64,000 bases of DNA from Clostridiales bacterium GWD2_32_19 (GTDB taxonomy: Bacteria > Bacillota > Clostridia > Lachnospirales > UBA12420): NCBI GenBank assembly GCA_001795385.1, contig MGOU01000010.1, positions 203-64,202 of the forward strand, given 5' to 3'. Numbering within the stretch: position 1 is the stretch's first letter; each line of letters begins with the position of its first letter. Shown piece after piece: positions 37,013 through 46,922 of the stretch. The translations under genes and the position numbers were made by a program. The notes beneath the pieces are model-generated. The model ran no database searches. It was not told the DNA's origin and saw only the letters and a list, made by a program, of their open reading frames with translations.

Positions 37013-39139
37013 ATGGAAGTGGCTAGAAAATTACTTAAGCAGTACTTTGGATATGATGAGTTTAGAAAAGGACAAAAAGATATAATAGAAAGCATTTTAA
37101 ATAAAAAAGATGTAATGGGTATTATGCCAACGGGTGGTGGTAAATCTATATGTTTTCAGATACCAGCACTTATATTTGAAGGTGTTACGATAGTGATATC
37201 ACCACTTATATCGCTTATGAAAGACCAAGTAGATTCATTGAATATAGTAGGAATACCTGCTACATTTATTAATAGTTCATTATCTACAACGGAGTATAGA
37301 AATAGAATGATGGCTATACAAAACAACAAATATAAAATCATATATGTTGCACCTGAAAGACTTGAAAGTGAGGCATTTATAGCCTCAATGAAGAGGATAA
37401 ACATATCTCAAATAGCCATAGATGAGGCTCATTGCGTATCACACTGGGGGCATGATTTTAGAAAAAGCTATATAAAGATAAAAGATTTTATTGATATTTT
37501 TAGTATTAGACCTATAATTACAGCATTTACAGCTACTGCGACAGAAGAAGTAAAAAAAGATATTACAGTGCAGTTAGGACTTAAATCTCCTAATATCACA
37601 ATAACAGGTTTTGACCGAGAAAACCTAAAATTGATTATAGTGAGAAATGCTAGCAAACAAAAGTTTATAGTAAGTTACATAGAAGAAAATAAACATGTTT
37701 CGGGTATAATATATTGTGCTACAAGAAAAGAAACTGACAAATTACACACTTTGCTTAGCAAATTAGGGTATAGTGTGGGGAAATATCATGCCGGAATGAG
37801 TGAAAGTTCGAGAGAAAAGAGTCAGGAAGATTTTTTGTATGATAACAAAAGCATTATGATAGCTACCAATGCTTTCGGTATGGGGATAGATAAGTCTAAT
37901 ATACGTTATGTTATACATAATAATATGCCAAAAAATCTGGAAGCATATTATCAAGAAATAGGTAGAGCGGGTCGTGATGGTGAGAAGAGCGAGTGCGTAT
38001 TGCTGTTTGGAAGTCAAGATATAATACTTCAAAAATACTTTATTGAAGAGCTTGGAGATAGCTCAGAAGCTGTAAAGCAAAACAAATACGAGCAACTCCA
38101 AAGAATGATAGATTATTCATATACTACAAGCTGCCTAAGAAAGCATGTTTTAAATTATTTTGGAGAGGAACGTGCGGATGAAAAATGTGATAACTGTAGC
38201 AATTGTAGTGATTATTTAGAAAAGAAGGATATGACGATAGAGGCTCAAAAAATATTATCATGTGTATATAGAATGAACCAGCGTTTTGGAACAAACATAG
38301 TGACAAAAGTACTCAAAGGTTCACACGCACAGCAAACAGATTCATTTAGGGAGTTATCTACATTTGGAATCATGAAAGAATGTGCAGTGAACGATATAAA
38401 AGAATATATAAATGTACTAATAGCAGACGGATATTTGAAAATGGAGGGTGACAAGTACCCTATAATAAAACTTACAGAGAATTCTGCAAAAATTTTAAAA
38501 GAAAATGATAAGGTATACATACAAACCATAAAACACAAAGAAGTGTCAGAAAATGAGGGACTGTTCGAGATATTAAGACAACTTAGAAAAGAAATTTCGG
38601 TAGAAGAAAATGTACCGCCATTTGTTGTATTTAGTGATGCAACACTCAAAGAAATGTCGAGTAGATATCCAATAAGTAAGGCACAGATTTTGAATATATC
38701 TGGAGTGGGAGAAGTAAAATATGAAAAATATGGAGAAAGATTTATAGATGAGATAAAAGCATATATACATAACAATAATTTAGACATAGATAATATGAAA
38801 TCAGATACTAAAACTTATACTTCACATAAAATAAAAGAAACAAATAAAGAAGCCAGCTACATCACAACAGCAAACCTATATTTAAACCTTAGAGATATGG
38901 ATGCAGTAGTCAAAGAGCGAAATCTAAAGCCAATGACAATACAGGATCATATAATATCTGCATACATGGAAGGATTTCAATTAGACATAAATGAGTTTAT
39001 TCCTAAAGGACAAGAAAGTTTTGTACTTGAAGCAATCAAAAAGGTAGGCACAGAAAAGTTAAGGCCGATAAAAGATCTACTACCAGAGGATGTAAGCTAC
39101 CTAACAATAAAGGCAGTAATAGCAAAACATAAGTTATAA
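37013..39139 (+). CDS. recQ: ATP-dependent DNA helicase RecQ
   Basis: MPTGGGKS, DEAHCVSHWGHDFR, a Zn-binding Cys cluster (CDNCSNC), and an HRDC-like region. ATG 37013 is preferred over the tracked TTG 36980. Confidence 0.92.
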   Translation: MEVARKLLKQYFGYDEFRKGQKDIIESILNKKDVMGIMPTGGGKSICFQIPALIFEGVTIVISPLISLMKDQVDSLNIVGIPATFINSSLSTTEYRNRMMAIQNNKYKIIYVAPERLESEAFIASMKRINISQIAIDEAHCVSHWGHDFRKSYIKIKDFIDIFSIRPIITAFTATATEEVKKDITVQLGLKSPNITITGFDRENLKLIIVRNASKQKFIVSYIEENKHVSGIIYCATRKETDKLHTLLSKLGYSVGKYHAGMSESSREKSQEDFLYDNKSIMIATNAFGMGIDKSNIRYVIHNNMPKNLEAYYQEIGRAGRDGEKSECVLLFGSQDIILQKYFIEELGDSSEAVKQNKYEQLQRMIDYSYTTSCLRKHVLNYFGEERADEKCDNCSNCSDYLEKKDMTIEAQKILSCVYRMNQRFGTNIVTKVLKGSHAQQTDSFRELSTFGIMKECAVNDIKEYINVLIADGYLKMEGDKYPIIKLTENSAKILKENDKVYIQTIKHKEVSENEGLFEILRQLRKEISVEENVPPFVVFSDATLKEMSSRYPISKAQILNISGVGEVKYEKYGERFIDEIKAYIHNNNLDIDNMKSDTKTYTSHKIKETNKEASYITTANLYLNLRDMDAVVKERNLKPMTIQDHIISAYMEGFQLDINEFIPKGQESFVLEAIKKVGTEKLRPIKDLLPEDVSYLTIKAVIAKHKL

Positions 39140-39207
39140 TACTGATAAAATATATTGAATAAAAAGGGATAGTGTAGTATTTAGTACTATAAATATTTTA
39201 CACTACC
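39136..39207 (+). repeat. family 2 hairpin repeat, copy 3 (long form), overlapping the recQ stop
   Basis: ataatactgataaaatatattgaata...gggatagtgtagtatttagtactataaatattttacactacc. Confidence 0.9.
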
Positions 39208-39223
39208 TAATGGAGATGGAGGG

Positions 39224-39844
39224 ATGAATATGGAAAATAACATAATAGATGGAAAATTTATAGGTGAACTTAATAACAACCCCGACATTACAAAATATAA
39301 TCAGTTAAAAGAGGTATTACAAAAACGATTTAACACTAATATTAAAATGTGTTTAGGAGTTTTAGAAAAGCATAAAGAAGAATTAGCAGAGCAAGATGGT
39401 TATCTTACAGTAGAGGACGAAATCGAAAGTCAATTTTTAGATATAACTTTCGATAGTATAGAAAATAATTACATAATATATTATTCGCAAGAAATAGAAG
39501 GAGATTATAATGAATTTACAGCAGTAATATCGATATCAACCAAAATAAAAGTTGAGGAAGATTATGTCCCAATATGTGATGGTAGAATATTAGATGGATT
39601 GGTTCAAGTAAAATCTGAGTTAGATGGCATAAAATCTGAATATTATGAAGTAAATCTTAGGAAAGTAGATTTAGAGACTGCAGAGCATATATTTAGCATG
39701 AAAAAACTAAGTGATCAAACCCCTGATCTAGTTAAGGAAGTACCTTATTTAGTAAGAATAGAAGATCCTTTCAATTCTGTGCTACAAGAAATGAGCGATG
39801 TCCCTATATATGATTTAACAATGTATTGCTTGCCAGAATTATAA
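39224..39844 (+). CDS. acidic hypothetical protein (206 aa; alternative start ATG 39230)
   Basis: ORF preceded by ggagatggaggg; no motif recognised. Confidence 0.6.
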   Translation: MNMENNIIDGKFIGELNNNPDITKYNQLKEVLQKRFNTNIKMCLGVLEKHKEELAEQDGYLTVEDEIESQFLDITFDSIENNYIIYYSQEIEGDYNEFTAVISISTKIKVEEDYVPICDGRILDGLVQVKSELDGIKSEYYEVNLRKVDLETAEHIFSMKKLSDQTPDLVKEVPYLVRIEDPFNSVLQEMSDVPIYDLTMYCLPEL

Positions 39845-39854
39845 CAATGTAATA

Positions 39855-39892
39855 TAAATAGAAGGACAGATTATCCAATCTGTCCTTCTATT
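39855..39892. terminator. bidirectional terminator
   Basis: aaatagaaggacagatt / aatctgtccttctattt, 17-bp arms. Confidence 0.8.
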
Positions 39893-41271
39893 TATATGGT
39901 TTTTACCTGTGAAGCCATGTGTGCATCGTGTTTGTGGCCAAGGTGTTTCAGTTCTTTATATATCCATATTGCTGTTACGATTGATGCCAAAAAGTCGGCT
40001 ACGGGACCAGCCATTATTATTCCATGAATCCCAAAAAATAATGGAAGAATTAAAACAGCTGGTATAAGGAAAATCAGTTGGCGTGATAGACTGAGGAATG
40101 CAGATTGTTTTGGTTTACCCACTGCGGTAAAGTAATTTGCACCTACAATTTGAAAGCCTATAATAGGTAACATTATGAAGAATACTCTTAATGCATAAAC
40201 AGTAAACTCGATTAGTTCAGGATTTGTTTTATTAAAAAGCAGCACTATTGGTACAGTGAAAACTTCAACAATTATAAATCCTATAACTGATAATGTAGTA
40301 GCACCAAATATGGCTAATTTGAATGCTTCTTGTACTCTATCATATTTTTTTGCTCCATAGTTAAATCCTATAATCGGCTGAGAGCCTTGGTTTATCCCTA
40401 TAACAGGCATAAGCATAAGAGCTTGAAGGCTTGTAACTATACCCATTCCTGTTATTGCGATGTTACCGCCATATTGTATTAAACTTTTATTAAATATAAT
40501 ACTAACAAGGCTTGCTGCTAACTGCATTAAAAATGGAGCAGATCCAAGAGCGACAATTTTAGTAATGATGGCTTTATTTGGAACAATATTTGCAACTCTT
40601 ATTTTAAGTGAACTTTTCTTTGAAAAGAAATAACTTAGAACCCATGCAGCAGAACAGGCTTGAGCTAGTACGGTAGCTAAAGCAGAACCACCTACGCCCA
40701 TTCCGAAACCAAATATAAATATTGTACAAAATACTACATTAAGAAAAGCCCCTAAAAGCATAGTATACATAGCCATTCTTGGATTTCCTTCACCACGGAT
40801 GAAGACATTTAAACCAAAGCTAATAGCATGAAATATAGTACCTAGGAGTATAATGTGCATAAATTCTTTTGCGTAAGGTAAAATTTCTTTAGTAACTCCT
40901 AATGCTTGTAATAACGGGTCCAAAAAAACTAATCCCAAAACGGTTATTGATAATGAAGTTAGAATTAATAAGAATACTGCATTACCTAAAATATGTTCAG
41001 CCTCTTCTTTTTTGTTTTGTCCTAACCTTATAGAAACAAGTGAATTAGCACCCATGCCGATAAGTACCATAAAAGCAAAAGTTGCAAGCATAACAGGAAA
41101 GCATATAGTTATTCCAGCTATACCTAAATCACCCGAAATACTATTGCCAACAAAAATTCTGTCAACCACATTATATAGGGCATTTACAAGCATTCCAATA
41201 ATTGCAGGAATGGAGAATTTTATTAGTAAAGATGATATTTTTGCTTCGCTTAATTGCTTTGAATGTTCCAT
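39892..41271 (-). CDS. MATE family efflux transporter
   Basis: 459 aa, 12 TM helices, N-terminus LLIKFSIPAIIGMLVNALYNVVDRIFVG typical of MATE. Confidence 0.88.
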   Translation of the reverse strand: MEHSKQLSEAKISSLLIKFSIPAIIGMLVNALYNVVDRIFVGNSISGDLGIAGITICFPVMLATFAFMVLIGMGANSLVSIRLGQNKKEEAEHILGNAVFLLILTSLSITVLGLVFLDPLLQALGVTKEILPYAKEFMHIILLGTIFHAISFGLNVFIRGEGNPRMAMYTMLLGAFLNVVFCTIFIFGFGMGVGGSALATVLAQACSAAWVLSYFFSKKSSLKIRVANIVPNKAIITKIVALGSAPFLMQLAASLVSIIFNKSLIQYGGNIAITGMGIVTSLQALMLMPVIGINQGSQPIIGFNYGAKKYDRVQEAFKLAIFGATTLSVIGFIIVEVFTVPIVLLFNKTNPELIEFTVYALRVFFIMLPIIGFQIVGANYFTAVGKPKQSAFLSLSRQLIFLIPAVLILPLFFGIHGIIMAGPVADFLASIVTAIWIYKELKHLGHKHDAHMASQVKTI

Positions 41272-41467
41272 TTGTCTACCTCATTTCTCTAAACATTAGT
41301 TTTGCACAGTATATAACATAATATTACAAAAATCTTACAATGTCAATTATTTTTTAAAAATGGAACATAAAAATTATTGTATTAGAAATGAATATATGGT
41401 AGAATAATGATTAGTAATAAAGGAAAAATTTATGAAGATACTATATATAAATGGAGGATGAAGACGA

Positions 41468-42304
41468 ATGATAGAACTAGGGAAGATGCAATATTTGAAA
41501 ATAGATAAAATGGGACCGATTGGTTTATTGCTTATATCAGAGGATAACAGCCGCGAGGATGTACTACTTCCAGCTGAGCAAGTGCCTACTGGAGGGGTAC
41601 AAGTTGGAGATGAGATTGAGGTGTTTGTATATAAAGATACTAATGATGATTTAACAGCCACAACACAAAAACCAAAGTTAGAGGTTGGTGAAATAGATTA
41701 TTTAAATGTAGTTGATCTAACACAAGTAGGAGCATTTCTTGATTGGGGTCTTAAAAAAGACTTATTTATACCGTACACAGAACAAAAAGGAAAATTGGTA
41801 AAAAATGAAAAATACTTGGTTGGATTATATATAGATAAAAGTGATAGGATATGTGCGACTATGTATATCGACAATGTACTAAAAAGTGACTCTCCATATC
41901 AAAAAAATGATAAAGCAGAAGGGTTTATATATGATATAAAGGAAGACATGGGAGCATTTGTAGCAGTAGATAGGAAGTACCACGGACTTATACCAAAAAG
42001 TGAATTATACAAATACTATAGCTTAGGTGATGAAGTGGAAGTTAGGATAACTAATGTAAGAGAAGATGGAAAGCTAGATCTCAGTCTAAGAGAAAAGGCA
42101 TATTTACAGATGGATATGGATGCAGAAACAATAATGGAACGATTAAATAATAATGATGGTATACTGAATTTAAATGACAATAGCTCTCCTGAAAATATAA
42201 AGTTGCAACTAAACATAAGTAAGAAAGCCTTTAAAAGGGCAGTAGGAACTTTACTCAAAAATGGAAAGATTGAGTTTGTCGATGATGGCATAAAATTAGT
42301 GTGA
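41468..42304 (+). CDS. cvfB: S1-domain RNA-binding protein (CvfB/YitL family)
   Basis: MIELGKMQYLKIDK...LLPAEQVP...GDEIEVFVYKD and repeated S1-like segments. Confidence 0.7.
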   Translation: MIELGKMQYLKIDKMGPIGLLLISEDNSREDVLLPAEQVPTGGVQVGDEIEVFVYKDTNDDLTATTQKPKLEVGEIDYLNVVDLTQVGAFLDWGLKKDLFIPYTEQKGKLVKNEKYLVGLYIDKSDRICATMYIDNVLKSDSPYQKNDKAEGFIYDIKEDMGAFVAVDRKYHGLIPKSELYKYYSLGDEVEVRITNVREDGKLDLSLREKAYLQMDMDAETIMERLNNNDGILNLNDNSSPENIKLQLNISKKAFKRAVGTLLKNGKIEFVDDGIKLV

Positions 42305-42317
42305 TAGGAGAAAAGAA

Positions 42318-42509
42318 ATGAATGGAAAGAATAGAAGTGATGTAAAAATAGGAACGCATGTTCAAATTGTACAAAAACAAGATCAGCGTTCTGGAAAGCT
42401 AACGGATGGAACGGTTGAGAGGATTTTGACTAATAGTCTAACTCATCCACATGGAATAAAAGTTCAATTAGTCGGTGGGATTGTAGGAAGAGTGCAGAAC
42501 ATTATTTAA
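42318..42509 (+). CDS. ywbE: YwbE family small protein
   Basis: VQIVQKQDQRSGKLTDGTVERILTNS..HPHGIKV.L..G..GRV. Confidence 0.75.
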   Translation: MNGKNRSDVKIGTHVQIVQKQDQRSGKLTDGTVERILTNSLTHPHGIKVQLVGGIVGRVQNII

Positions 42510-42542
42510 TGTGAGATATGAGACAAATATGTTGAATATAAA

Positions 42543-42584
42543 GGGATAGTGTAGTATTTAGTACTATAAATATTTTACACTATC
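42543..42584 (+). repeat. family 2 hairpin repeat, copy 4
   Basis: gggatagtgtagtatttagtactataaatattttacactatc; ends 24 nt before the ATG at 42608. Confidence 0.9.
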
Positions 42585-42607
42585 ACATAAACCAAGGGGG
42601 AATATAT

Positions 42608-42826
42608 ATGTCAGAAATCAAATTTGAAATAACTAAGGAAATAGCGGTTTTGTCTGAAAGAGCTGGTGGGTGGACGAAAGAGATTAATATGGTTAGTTGG
42701 AATGATAGACCAGCCAAGTATGATATAAGGGAATGGACGACAGATCATGATAAGATGGGTAAAGGGATTACAATAAGTGAGGAAGAGATGATAGAATTAA
42801 AGAGGGCACTGGATAATTTAAAATAA
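42608..42826 (+). CDS. YdbC/PC4-like single-stranded nucleic-acid-binding protein
   Basis: FEITKEIAVLSE..GGWTKEINMVSWNDRPAKYDIREW. Confidence 0.7.
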   Translation: MSEIKFEITKEIAVLSERAGGWTKEINMVSWNDRPAKYDIREWTTDHDKMGKGITISEEEMIELKRALDNLK

Positions 42827-42901
42827 ATTTTGATAAAAAACAGTACTCATATCGAAATGCCCTATCAGTATGACATATAGAGGAAGTTTGGAGGAATTGA
42901 C

Positions 42902-43759
42902 TTGTATATAGTTTTATCATTAATTTCGGGAATTTTATTAGGTTTTTTTTATATAGCAAAAAAACAGGTCCTGAAAAATAACGATGTTATTGCAGTTTTG
43001 GCTACATATACAGTTATAAATCTCCTAATAAACTTAATAGACTATAAAATTGCATTTGAGATAGATAAGAAAATTTTAATATATATATTTATAAAAGCAG
43101 TTATTATATATATAGGTTGGATTTTATCAGGAAAAGCAATAAAAGAGCTACCACTTAGCATTTCTAGTCCATTAGGTATACTGTCCCCAGTGTTTACAGT
43201 AATTATAGGTATTTTGATACTCCATGAGAAATTGGGATATTCGCAGATTGCAGGGGTACTAATAATATTTGCGGGCTATTACTTTATAGGAAAAGTAGGT
43301 AAAGAAGAGGTAAACGATATATTTAAAAACAAATATGTTTATTATATGGCGATTGCTATGTCTATTGGAGCCATAAGTGCTACAATAGATAAGGTGCTTT
43401 TGAAGGAAGTTAAAGTTGAGCAATTACAATTTTGGTTTTACTTATTTATGGCTGTTTTATATGTAATTACAATTTTAATAATGAATGGTATCAACAAATA
43501 TAAAAATAAACCACTTATAAAATTTGAATTTACTTATATGATTGTTGTTGTGAGTGTGTTACTGTATTTGGCAGATAAGATATATTTTTATGCAGTAAAG
43601 CTTCCAGATAGCAGCATATCTATAGTTATGCCGCTTAGGTATGTATCTATAATTATATCTACTATAGTAGGAGGTATAATATTTAAGGAACAAAACATAA
43701 GCTTAAAGTTTAAATATATGATAGGAATTGCAATAGGGATAATTTTGATATTTATCTGA
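42902..43759 (+). CDS. EamA/DMT family transporter
   Basis: 10-TM layout, 285 aa, TTG start. Confidence 0.7.
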   Translation: MYIVLSLISGILLGFFYIAKKQVLKNNDVIAVLATYTVINLLINLIDYKIAFEIDKKILIYIFIKAVIIYIGWILSGKAIKELPLSISSPLGILSPVFTVIIGILILHEKLGYSQIAGVLIIFAGYYFIGKVGKEEVNDIFKNKYVYYMAIAMSIGAISATIDKVLLKEVKVEQLQFWFYLFMAVLYVITILIMNGINKYKNKPLIKFEFTYMIVVVSVLLYLADKIYFYAVKLPDSSISIVMPLRYVSIIISTIVGGIIFKEQNISLKFKYMIGIAIGIILIFI

Positions 43760-44432
43760 GTTTATCTAAATCAACAATACTTACTCTTTGTCTATCGAAG
43801 GTTATCATTCCTTCATCCCTCATCCGACAGAGCTCACGAGACATTGAAGAACGGGATACATTTAGAAAATCAGCGAGGTCATTGCGATTATGAGGCAAGG
43901 TAAAGGATGGATTGCCTGCCTTTTTATATTCATCCAAAATATAAGTAACCAGCTTTTGTCTCATACTTTTTATAGTGAGGTAGTCTACCTTTTTATTTAG
44001 CATGAGTACTTTTTTTGATAGTATTTCAAGTAAATTTTTTATTAGAATATTATGGTGAGAGCAGGTGTTTTCACATTGCCCTGGTATTTTTTCTTTAGGT
44101 ATGTACATGATTTTTGTATTTTCTATTGATAAAATTGATACAGGATATATGGCTTTATCCATGAATATTAGGGCTTCACCAAAAATATCACCTTGTTTTA
44201 GGATTCCTATTAAAGAGCTACTTCCAGAGTAGCTTTCTTTTATTAAAGATATAGAACCTTGAAGTACTACAGATAGATATCTCGCGGTGTCTCCCCGTAA
44301 AACGATATACTCGCTTTTAGTATAATCTTTTATAACTGGATTTAAGCAGGTTAGAAGACCTTCCAATTTTTTTGTTGAAATATTTGCAAATAGTTGGTTT
44401 TGGGATAATATTTTTATATAATCTTTAAACAT
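43752..44432 (-). CDS. Crp/Fnr family transcriptional regulator
   Basis: cNMP-binding-like N-terminus and C-terminal HTH RNDLADFLNVSRSSMSRELCRMRDEGMI. Confidence 0.88.
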   Translation of the reverse strand: MFKDYIKILSQNQLFANISTKKLEGLLTCLNPVIKDYTKSEYIVLRGDTARYLSVVLQGSISLIKESYSGSSSLIGILKQGDIFGEALIFMDKAIYPVSILSIENTKIMYIPKEKIPGQCENTCSHHNILIKNLLEILSKKVLMLNKKVDYLTIKSMRQKLVTYILDEYKKAGNPSFTLPHNRNDLADFLNVSRSSMSRELCRMRDEGMITFDRQRVSIVDLDKLR

Positions 44433-44449
44433 AGTTTGTTTTCTCCTTT

Positions 44450-44465
44450 TGTAGCTATAGCAACA
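44450..44465. promoter_or_regulatory. candidate Crp/Fnr-type operator
   Basis: tgtagctatagcaaca is palindromic at 7 of 8 pairs (TGT-N10-ACA) and lies in the divergent intergenic region. Confidence 0.4.
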
Positions 44466-44533
44466 GACTTTTGAACATTATTATATTATAATATGAACAT
44501 AAAGTCAATAACAGATGAAAGGGGATGTTTTTT

Positions 44534-45247
44534 ATGTTAAGGAATATAATAAAGATTGATGCAGATAAATGTAATGGTTGTGGACTTTGTGTAAGTGCAT
44601 GTCATGAAGGAGCACTACAATTAATAGATGGTAAGGCAAAACTTATGTCTGAGTCATATTGTGATGGGTTAGGTGATTGCTTGCCAGAATGTCCAGTGGG
44701 TGCGATAATTATAGAAGAAAGGGAAGCCGCTGTATATGACGAGGAAGCTGTGAAACAACACATAGAGAGTAAGAAAGAGGAAGTAAAACCTCTTGCGTGC
44801 GGTTGTCCAGGCACTCATTCGAGAAGTATAGAAAGGAAATTACACAAAGTAGAGTCAAAGCAAGAAAATACTAAGGTGGAATCAGAACTTAGACAGTGGC
44901 CTTGCCAGATTAAGCTTGTACCAGTAAATGCGCCGTATTTTGAAAATGCAAATTTGCTAATAGCGGCAGACTGTACAGCATATGCTTATGCTAATATTCA
45001 TAATGATTTTATGAGAAATAAGATTACTATAATTGGCTGTCCAAAGCTTGATGAAGGAGACTATGCTGATAAATTGACACAAATACTTGAGAATAATAAT
45101 ATAAAGAGTGTTACGGTATTGAGGATGGAAGTACCATGTTGTGGAGGTTTAGCACATGCAGCAAAATGTGCACTTATAAATTGTGGAAAAATGATTCCGT
45201 GGAGTATTGTGACTATAGGGACGGATGGAAGTGTGATAGAGGATTAA
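44534..45247 (+). CDS. 4Fe-4S dicluster domain protein with Cys-rich C-terminal domain
   Basis: CNGCGLCVSAC and CDGLGDCLPECP. ATG 44534 is preferred because aaagggg lies 9 nt upstream; the tracked start is 44525. Confidence 0.8.
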   Translation: MLRNIIKIDADKCNGCGLCVSACHEGALQLIDGKAKLMSESYCDGLGDCLPECPVGAIIIEEREAAVYDEEAVKQHIESKKEEVKPLACGCPGTHSRSIERKLHKVESKQENTKVESELRQWPCQIKLVPVNAPYFENANLLIAADCTAYAYANIHNDFMRNKITIIGCPKLDEGDYADKLTQILENNNIKSVTVLRMEVPCCGGLAHAAKCALINCGKMIPWSIVTIGTDGSVIED

Positions 45248-45285
45248 AGAAAAAACCTAATTATTTAGGTTTTTTTCTTTAATCC
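45241..45285 (+). terminator. rho-independent terminator with ~20-bp stem
   Basis: ggattaaagaaaaaacctaa / ttaggtttttttctttaatcc. Confidence 0.8.
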
Positions 45286-45512
45286 TTAACTATATATATT
45301 GTTATTACGAGAAGGAATGAAAAAGTAATTTCGCGTTCTTTACTGAGACACATAGACTAATAGTAAAGATAGTCTCTTTCTTTTTAAAAGCCCAAAAAGA
45401 AACAAAAAGCCTTTTTCACCCTAAATCCCGCTAGGGACTTTGCTCACAAACTTTTGCTACTCCGCTATCGCGTCACACGCACGATTGCGAGTAAGGAGCT
45501 TTGCGAATTTAT

Positions 45513-45568
45513 TTAAAAGATTAAAAGATTAAAAGATTAAAAGATTAAAAAGATAAAAGATTAAAATA
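45513..45568. repeat. 8-bp microsatellite (ttaaaaga x4 perfect, then 3 degenerate units)
   Basis: Direct reading: ttaaaagattaaaagattaaaagattaaaagattaaaaagataaaagattaaaata. Confidence 0.9.
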
Positions 45569-45639
45569 ATTAAACTTGATAAGTTTAATTATTTTTGATA
45601 TGATAGTACAAAGATAAAAAGTTATATGAGGTGATGTTA

Positions 45640-46920
45640 GTGGAAAGAGATTTATATGTGAGTGTTTCGGATTTAAATAAATATATAAAAGATAGATTGA
45701 AGTCAGATGAAGCTCTTATGAATGTGTTTATAAGAGGAGAAATCTCCAATTTTAAAGATCATTTTAGGGGGCATTATTATTTTAGTATAAAAGATGAAGG
45801 TTCTAAGATTGATGCAGTTATGTTTTCAAATAAAAATAAATATTTAAATTTTAAACCGCGTGATGGTATGAAAGTTTTAGTTGTAGGAGCTATAGATGTA
45901 TATGAGGTCACAGGCTCTTACCAAATATATGTTGAGATTATGGAAGAGGATGGACTAGGAAATCTACATATGAAATTTGAAAAGTTAAAAGAAAAACTTG
46001 CAAATGAGGGACTTTTTGATGTAGTGCATAAGAAGGAAATACCAAAATTTCCACATACGATAGGGATCGTAACTGCACCAACGGGCGCGGCAGTAAAAGA
46101 CATATTAAGTACCATCGAAAGAAGGAACCCTGCTACAAAGACTATAATTTTTCCTACACTGGTTCAAGGAGAAGGCGCAAAAGAAAGCATAGCACTTCAA
46201 ATAGAGAGAGCACAAAACTACGATATAGATGTACTAATTGTCGGTCGTGGAGGTGGCTCTATTGAGGATTTGTGGGCATTTAATGAGGAAATAGTAGCTA
46301 GAGCAATATATAACTCCAAAATACCTATTATATCAGCTGTAGGCCATGAGATAGATTTCACGATAGCTGATTTTGTAGCTGACATGAGAGCACCGACTCC
46401 AACAGGAGCAGCAGAAATGGCAGTACCTAATGTGTTAGATGTATTAGAGAACTTGGAGCAAATGAATACCAGGATGACAAACAGTATGAAGAATACGATT
46501 AAGACATATATGACAAAGCTAGAAACACTAACAAATTCTAGAGTTTTGACAAAACCTATGGAAATGTATGCATTAAAAGAACAACAGCTCGATAATATAT
46601 TGGAGAGATTTAGAGTAGGATTTATTAATTATTATAATACTAAAAATAATAATATTGATTACTTGATTGACAAATTAAACATGCTGAGCCCTCTAAATAG
46701 TTTGAAAAGGGGATATTCTTTTACAACATTAGAAGACGGAAATATGCTCAAGTCGGTGAATAATGTAAGAATAGGAGAAAGAGTTACTATAGAAGTAGTT
46801 GATGGCAAACTTTCAGCGATAGTAGGAGCCACGCATATGGGTAGTAAAGCATTAGAAGGCAGAAAAAAGGTCAAGATAAAAGGTGAAAATATAGACGATA
46901 TACAATTAAAATTAGAATAG
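45640..46920 (+). CDS. xseA: exodeoxyribonuclease VII large subunit
   Basis: VSDLNKYIK...ISNFKDH..GHYYFSIKD OB-fold N-terminus and ARGGGS-like GRGGGSIEDLW. The start is ambiguous (GTG 45631, ATG 45634 or GTG 45640). Confidence 0.9.
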   Translation: MERDLYVSVSDLNKYIKDRLKSDEALMNVFIRGEISNFKDHFRGHYYFSIKDEGSKIDAVMFSNKNKYLNFKPRDGMKVLVVGAIDVYEVTGSYQIYVEIMEEDGLGNLHMKFEKLKEKLANEGLFDVVHKKEIPKFPHTIGIVTAPTGAAVKDILSTIERRNPATKTIIFPTLVQGEGAKESIALQIERAQNYDIDVLIVGRGGGSIEDLWAFNEEIVARAIYNSKIPIISAVGHEIDFTIADFVADMRAPTPTGAAEMAVPNVLDVLENLEQMNTRMTNSMKNTIKTYMTKLETLTNSRVLTKPMEMYALKEQQLDNILERFRVGFINYYNTKNNNIDYLIDKLNMLSPLNSLKRGYSFTTLEDGNMLKSVNNVRIGERVTIEVVDGKLSAIVGATHMGSKALEGRKKVKIKGENIDDIQLKLE

Positions 46921-46922
46921 AA

